DNA of 16,870 nucleotides from contig JBBISH010000130.1 in the NCBI GenBank assembly GCA_037441385.1, positions 1 through 16,870 on the forward strand, in the 5' to 3' direction. Made by a program: the position numbers and the translations under genes. Below the pieces are notes generated by a model that had not been told where the DNA came from, made no database searches, and saw nothing but the letters and a program-made list of their open reading frames with translations. The stretch is from Myxococcales bacterium (GTDB taxonomy: Bacteria > Myxococcota_A > UBA9042). Positions within the stretch are counted from its first letter, which is position 1. Each line of letters starts with the position of its first letter. Positions 15,177 through 16,870 of the stretch are shown one piece after another.

Positions 15177-16115
15177 ATGGACAAGGGCGCATGGTTCCTC
15201 ACGTTGGCGGCCGTGGCGCTGTTCGGCGCGTGTAGCGACGGCTCGACCAAGGCCGCCGCCAGCAGTGCCGATGGGGGCAACGAGATCTCGGCGACGCAAG
15301 ACATTTTGGGCGACGCCGCCAGCGACACCGCCGCGGCTCTGCCGCAGACCGCCACCGCCTGGGCCGCCACGCCGGCCGGCACCGTGCCGGTGAGCATGTG
15401 GTACAGCCAGGGCATCGCCAAGATCGAAGGCGGCTGGGTGTTTTCGCACGCGGGCGGCCTGTTCCGCACCGACGACGCGTTTGTCGAGCAACTCAAGCAC
15501 CCGCTGCCGTTGCCCGCTGCCCTGACCGAGCTGAACTTCATCCATATCGGCGACCTGGACGCCTGGGGCGACACCATCTGGGCCGGGCTGGAGCAAACGG
15601 ACTACAGCAAGAACCAACAAGCGGTGGCGTGGTTCGACGCCAAGACCTTGACCGTGCAGGGCTATCAGCTGCTCGCTCAACATCAGTGCTCGTGGCTGAG
15701 CGTCGATCCGGCGGCCGCGTTGGCCTACACGATGGACCAGTTCAGCGACGATACGGTGCTGATTTACAACGCCAAGACGCCGGGGCAATGGCAGCTGAAA
15801 ACCACCTTGAAGATGGATCGCAAGGTCGACAAGGTTCAAGGCGGCGACGTGGCGCTGGGGGCGCTGTGGCTGTCGACCGACGACGCGGAACATGGCTTGT
15901 ACCGGGTGGATTTGGCCAGCGGCGCCACCGTGCGCTTGGGCAGCCTGGGGCACCTGAACGGCAAAGGCTTGGCAATCCCAGAGGGCGAGGGCATCGACGC
16001 CACCCTGTTGAACGGTGCGCTGTTGCACACCTTGACGGGCGAGCCGCTGAAAATCACCAGCTGGGTCGACCACTTTGTGGTCACGGCGCCGGGGGAGAAG
16101 CTGCCGGTGCACTAG
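15177..16115 (+). CDS. Hypothetical lipoprotein, probable beta-propeller
   Basis: LFGA-C lipobox and Ala-rich linker, then a beta-rich domain (SQG, HIGDLD, VQGGDV, EGEGI). Confidence 0.75.
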   Translation: MDKGAWFLTLAAVALFGACSDGSTKAAASSADGGNEISATQDILGDAASDTAAALPQTATAWAATPAGTVPVSMWYSQGIAKIEGGWVFSHAGGLFRTDDAFVEQLKHPLPLPAALTELNFIHIGDLDAWGDTIWAGLEQTDYSKNQQAVAWFDAKTLTVQGYQLLAQHQCSWLSVDPAAALAYTMDQFSDDTVLIYNAKTPGQWQLKTTLKMDRKVDKVQGGDVALGALWLSTDDAEHGLYRVDLASGATVRLGSLGHLNGKGLAIPEGEGIDATLLNGALLHTLTGEPLKITSWVDHFVVTAPGEKLPVH

Positions 16116-16232
16116 AGTCCACCGATCCAAGGCGGAATCGTTGTTGCGAGCAGCGTGGATCAGCGCCTTGCCCTGTCGTCGCCCGGGAGTAGACTGAAGC
16201 TGCGCTCCATTCCGCTGACCGCATTCAGGTAG

Positions 16233-16703
16233 GTGCTCATGGTCCCGCGTCGGCTTGCGCTGGGGGTACTCTTGGCCTTGTGGGTGGCCGCAGCAGGCCA
16301 CGCCCAGGCCCCGCCGCAAGGCGAGATCCTCGCGCCGCTGAGCGGAGTGCGCAACCTTGCCAAAGGTCAGCTGATCTGCCTGCTCTACAAGAAAGTGGAC
16401 CGCATCGACGGCGATGTCCGCAAGGCCTGGCGTATCCAGACCGCGCTGCCCACCGCGCGCGAACAGGTGATCCGCTTTCAGGCCCTGCCACCGGGCGAAT
16501 ATGCGGTGGCGGTGTTTCACGACATGGACGGCGACGGCAAGCTCGCGACCAACTTCCTGGGGGTGCCCAACGAGGACTTGGCGATCTCGCGCAATGCCAA
16601 AGGTGGCCCGTTGGGCGGACCCAAGTGGGCCGACGCCAAGGTGGAATTGGTGAGCCGGGTGCTGCAGCTGCAGCCGCTAGTGGTGCATCCGTTCTTCGAC
16701 TAG
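16233..16703 (+). CDS. DUF2141-family secreted protein
   Basis: Signal peptide and the motif LPPGEYAVAVFHDMDGDGKLATNFLGVPNE..SRNA. Start is GTG16233 or ATG16239. Confidence 0.88.
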   Translation: MLMVPRRLALGVLLALWVAAAGHAQAPPQGEILAPLSGVRNLAKGQLICLLYKKVDRIDGDVRKAWRIQTALPTAREQVIRFQALPPGEYAVAVFHDMDGDGKLATNFLGVPNEDLAISRNAKGGPLGGPKWADAKVELVSRVLQLQPLVVHPFFD

Positions 16704-16752
16704 TACGCCAAGTCGCAAATTCGCGGTGGGTTGGCATTCCTTGGCGTACTAG
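16700..16752. repeat. CTAGTAC-bounded hairpin element 1 (mini-MITE/REP-like)
   Basis: Perfect 13-bp inverted repeat CTAGTACGCCAAG (16700-16712)/CTTGGCGTACTAG (16740-16752) with a 27-nt spacer. Confidence 0.8.
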
Positions 16753-16761
16753 GCGGCGAAA

Positions 16762-16799
16762 GCCGCACGCGGGGGTCGCAGGGGGCGGCGCGCCCCCTT
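16762..16799 (+). repeat. GC-rich extragenic palindromic motif (copy of 2114-2169)
   Basis: CGCGGGGGTCGCAGGGGGCGGCGCGCCCCCTT, preceded by a GCGGC-GAAA-GCCGC hairpin (16753-16766). Confidence 0.65.
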
Positions 16800-16814
16800 A
16801 ACTTGCTGAAAAGG

Positions 16815-16870
16815 CTAGTACTGCAAACCATTCGCCAATCCCAACCCGTCGCGAATTTCGGGTTTGCAGT
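16815..16870. repeat. CTAGTAC-bounded hairpin element 2 (truncated by window end)
   Basis: Starts CTAGTAC. ACTGCAAACC (16820-16829) pairs with GGTTTGCAGT (16861-16870). The spacer is an inverted copy of the element 1 spacer (19/22). Confidence 0.7.

Overview
A high-GC bacterial window, probably from a Myxococcota/deltaproteobacterium; this is inferred from a MYXO-CTERM-like tail and Asp/Ala-linker Cys-rich lipoproteins. It carries 11 plausible CDSs, mostly exported or surface proteins: two Cys-rich repeat lipoproteins, an SRPBCC-TIGR01777 fusion, a large FG-GAP/beta-propeller protein, an atypical GH5-like lipoprotein, a small membrane protein, a beta-lactamase-family serine hydrolase, a TolB-like propeller, a GNAT acetyltransferase, an unknown lipoprotein and a DUF2141 protein. 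No rRNA, tRNA, CRISPR array or transposase gene was seen. The most unusual signal is non-coding. A ~132-bp palindromic MITE-like element occurs four times in the first 4.2 kb. One copy is interrupted by a different 199-bp MITE with CTAG target duplication, and another lies in frame in the 5' end of a gene. Two CTAGTAC...GTACTAG hairpin elements and a GC-rich palindromic motif shared with position ~2.1 kb sit at the right end. All alignments were done by eye and no database searches were run.
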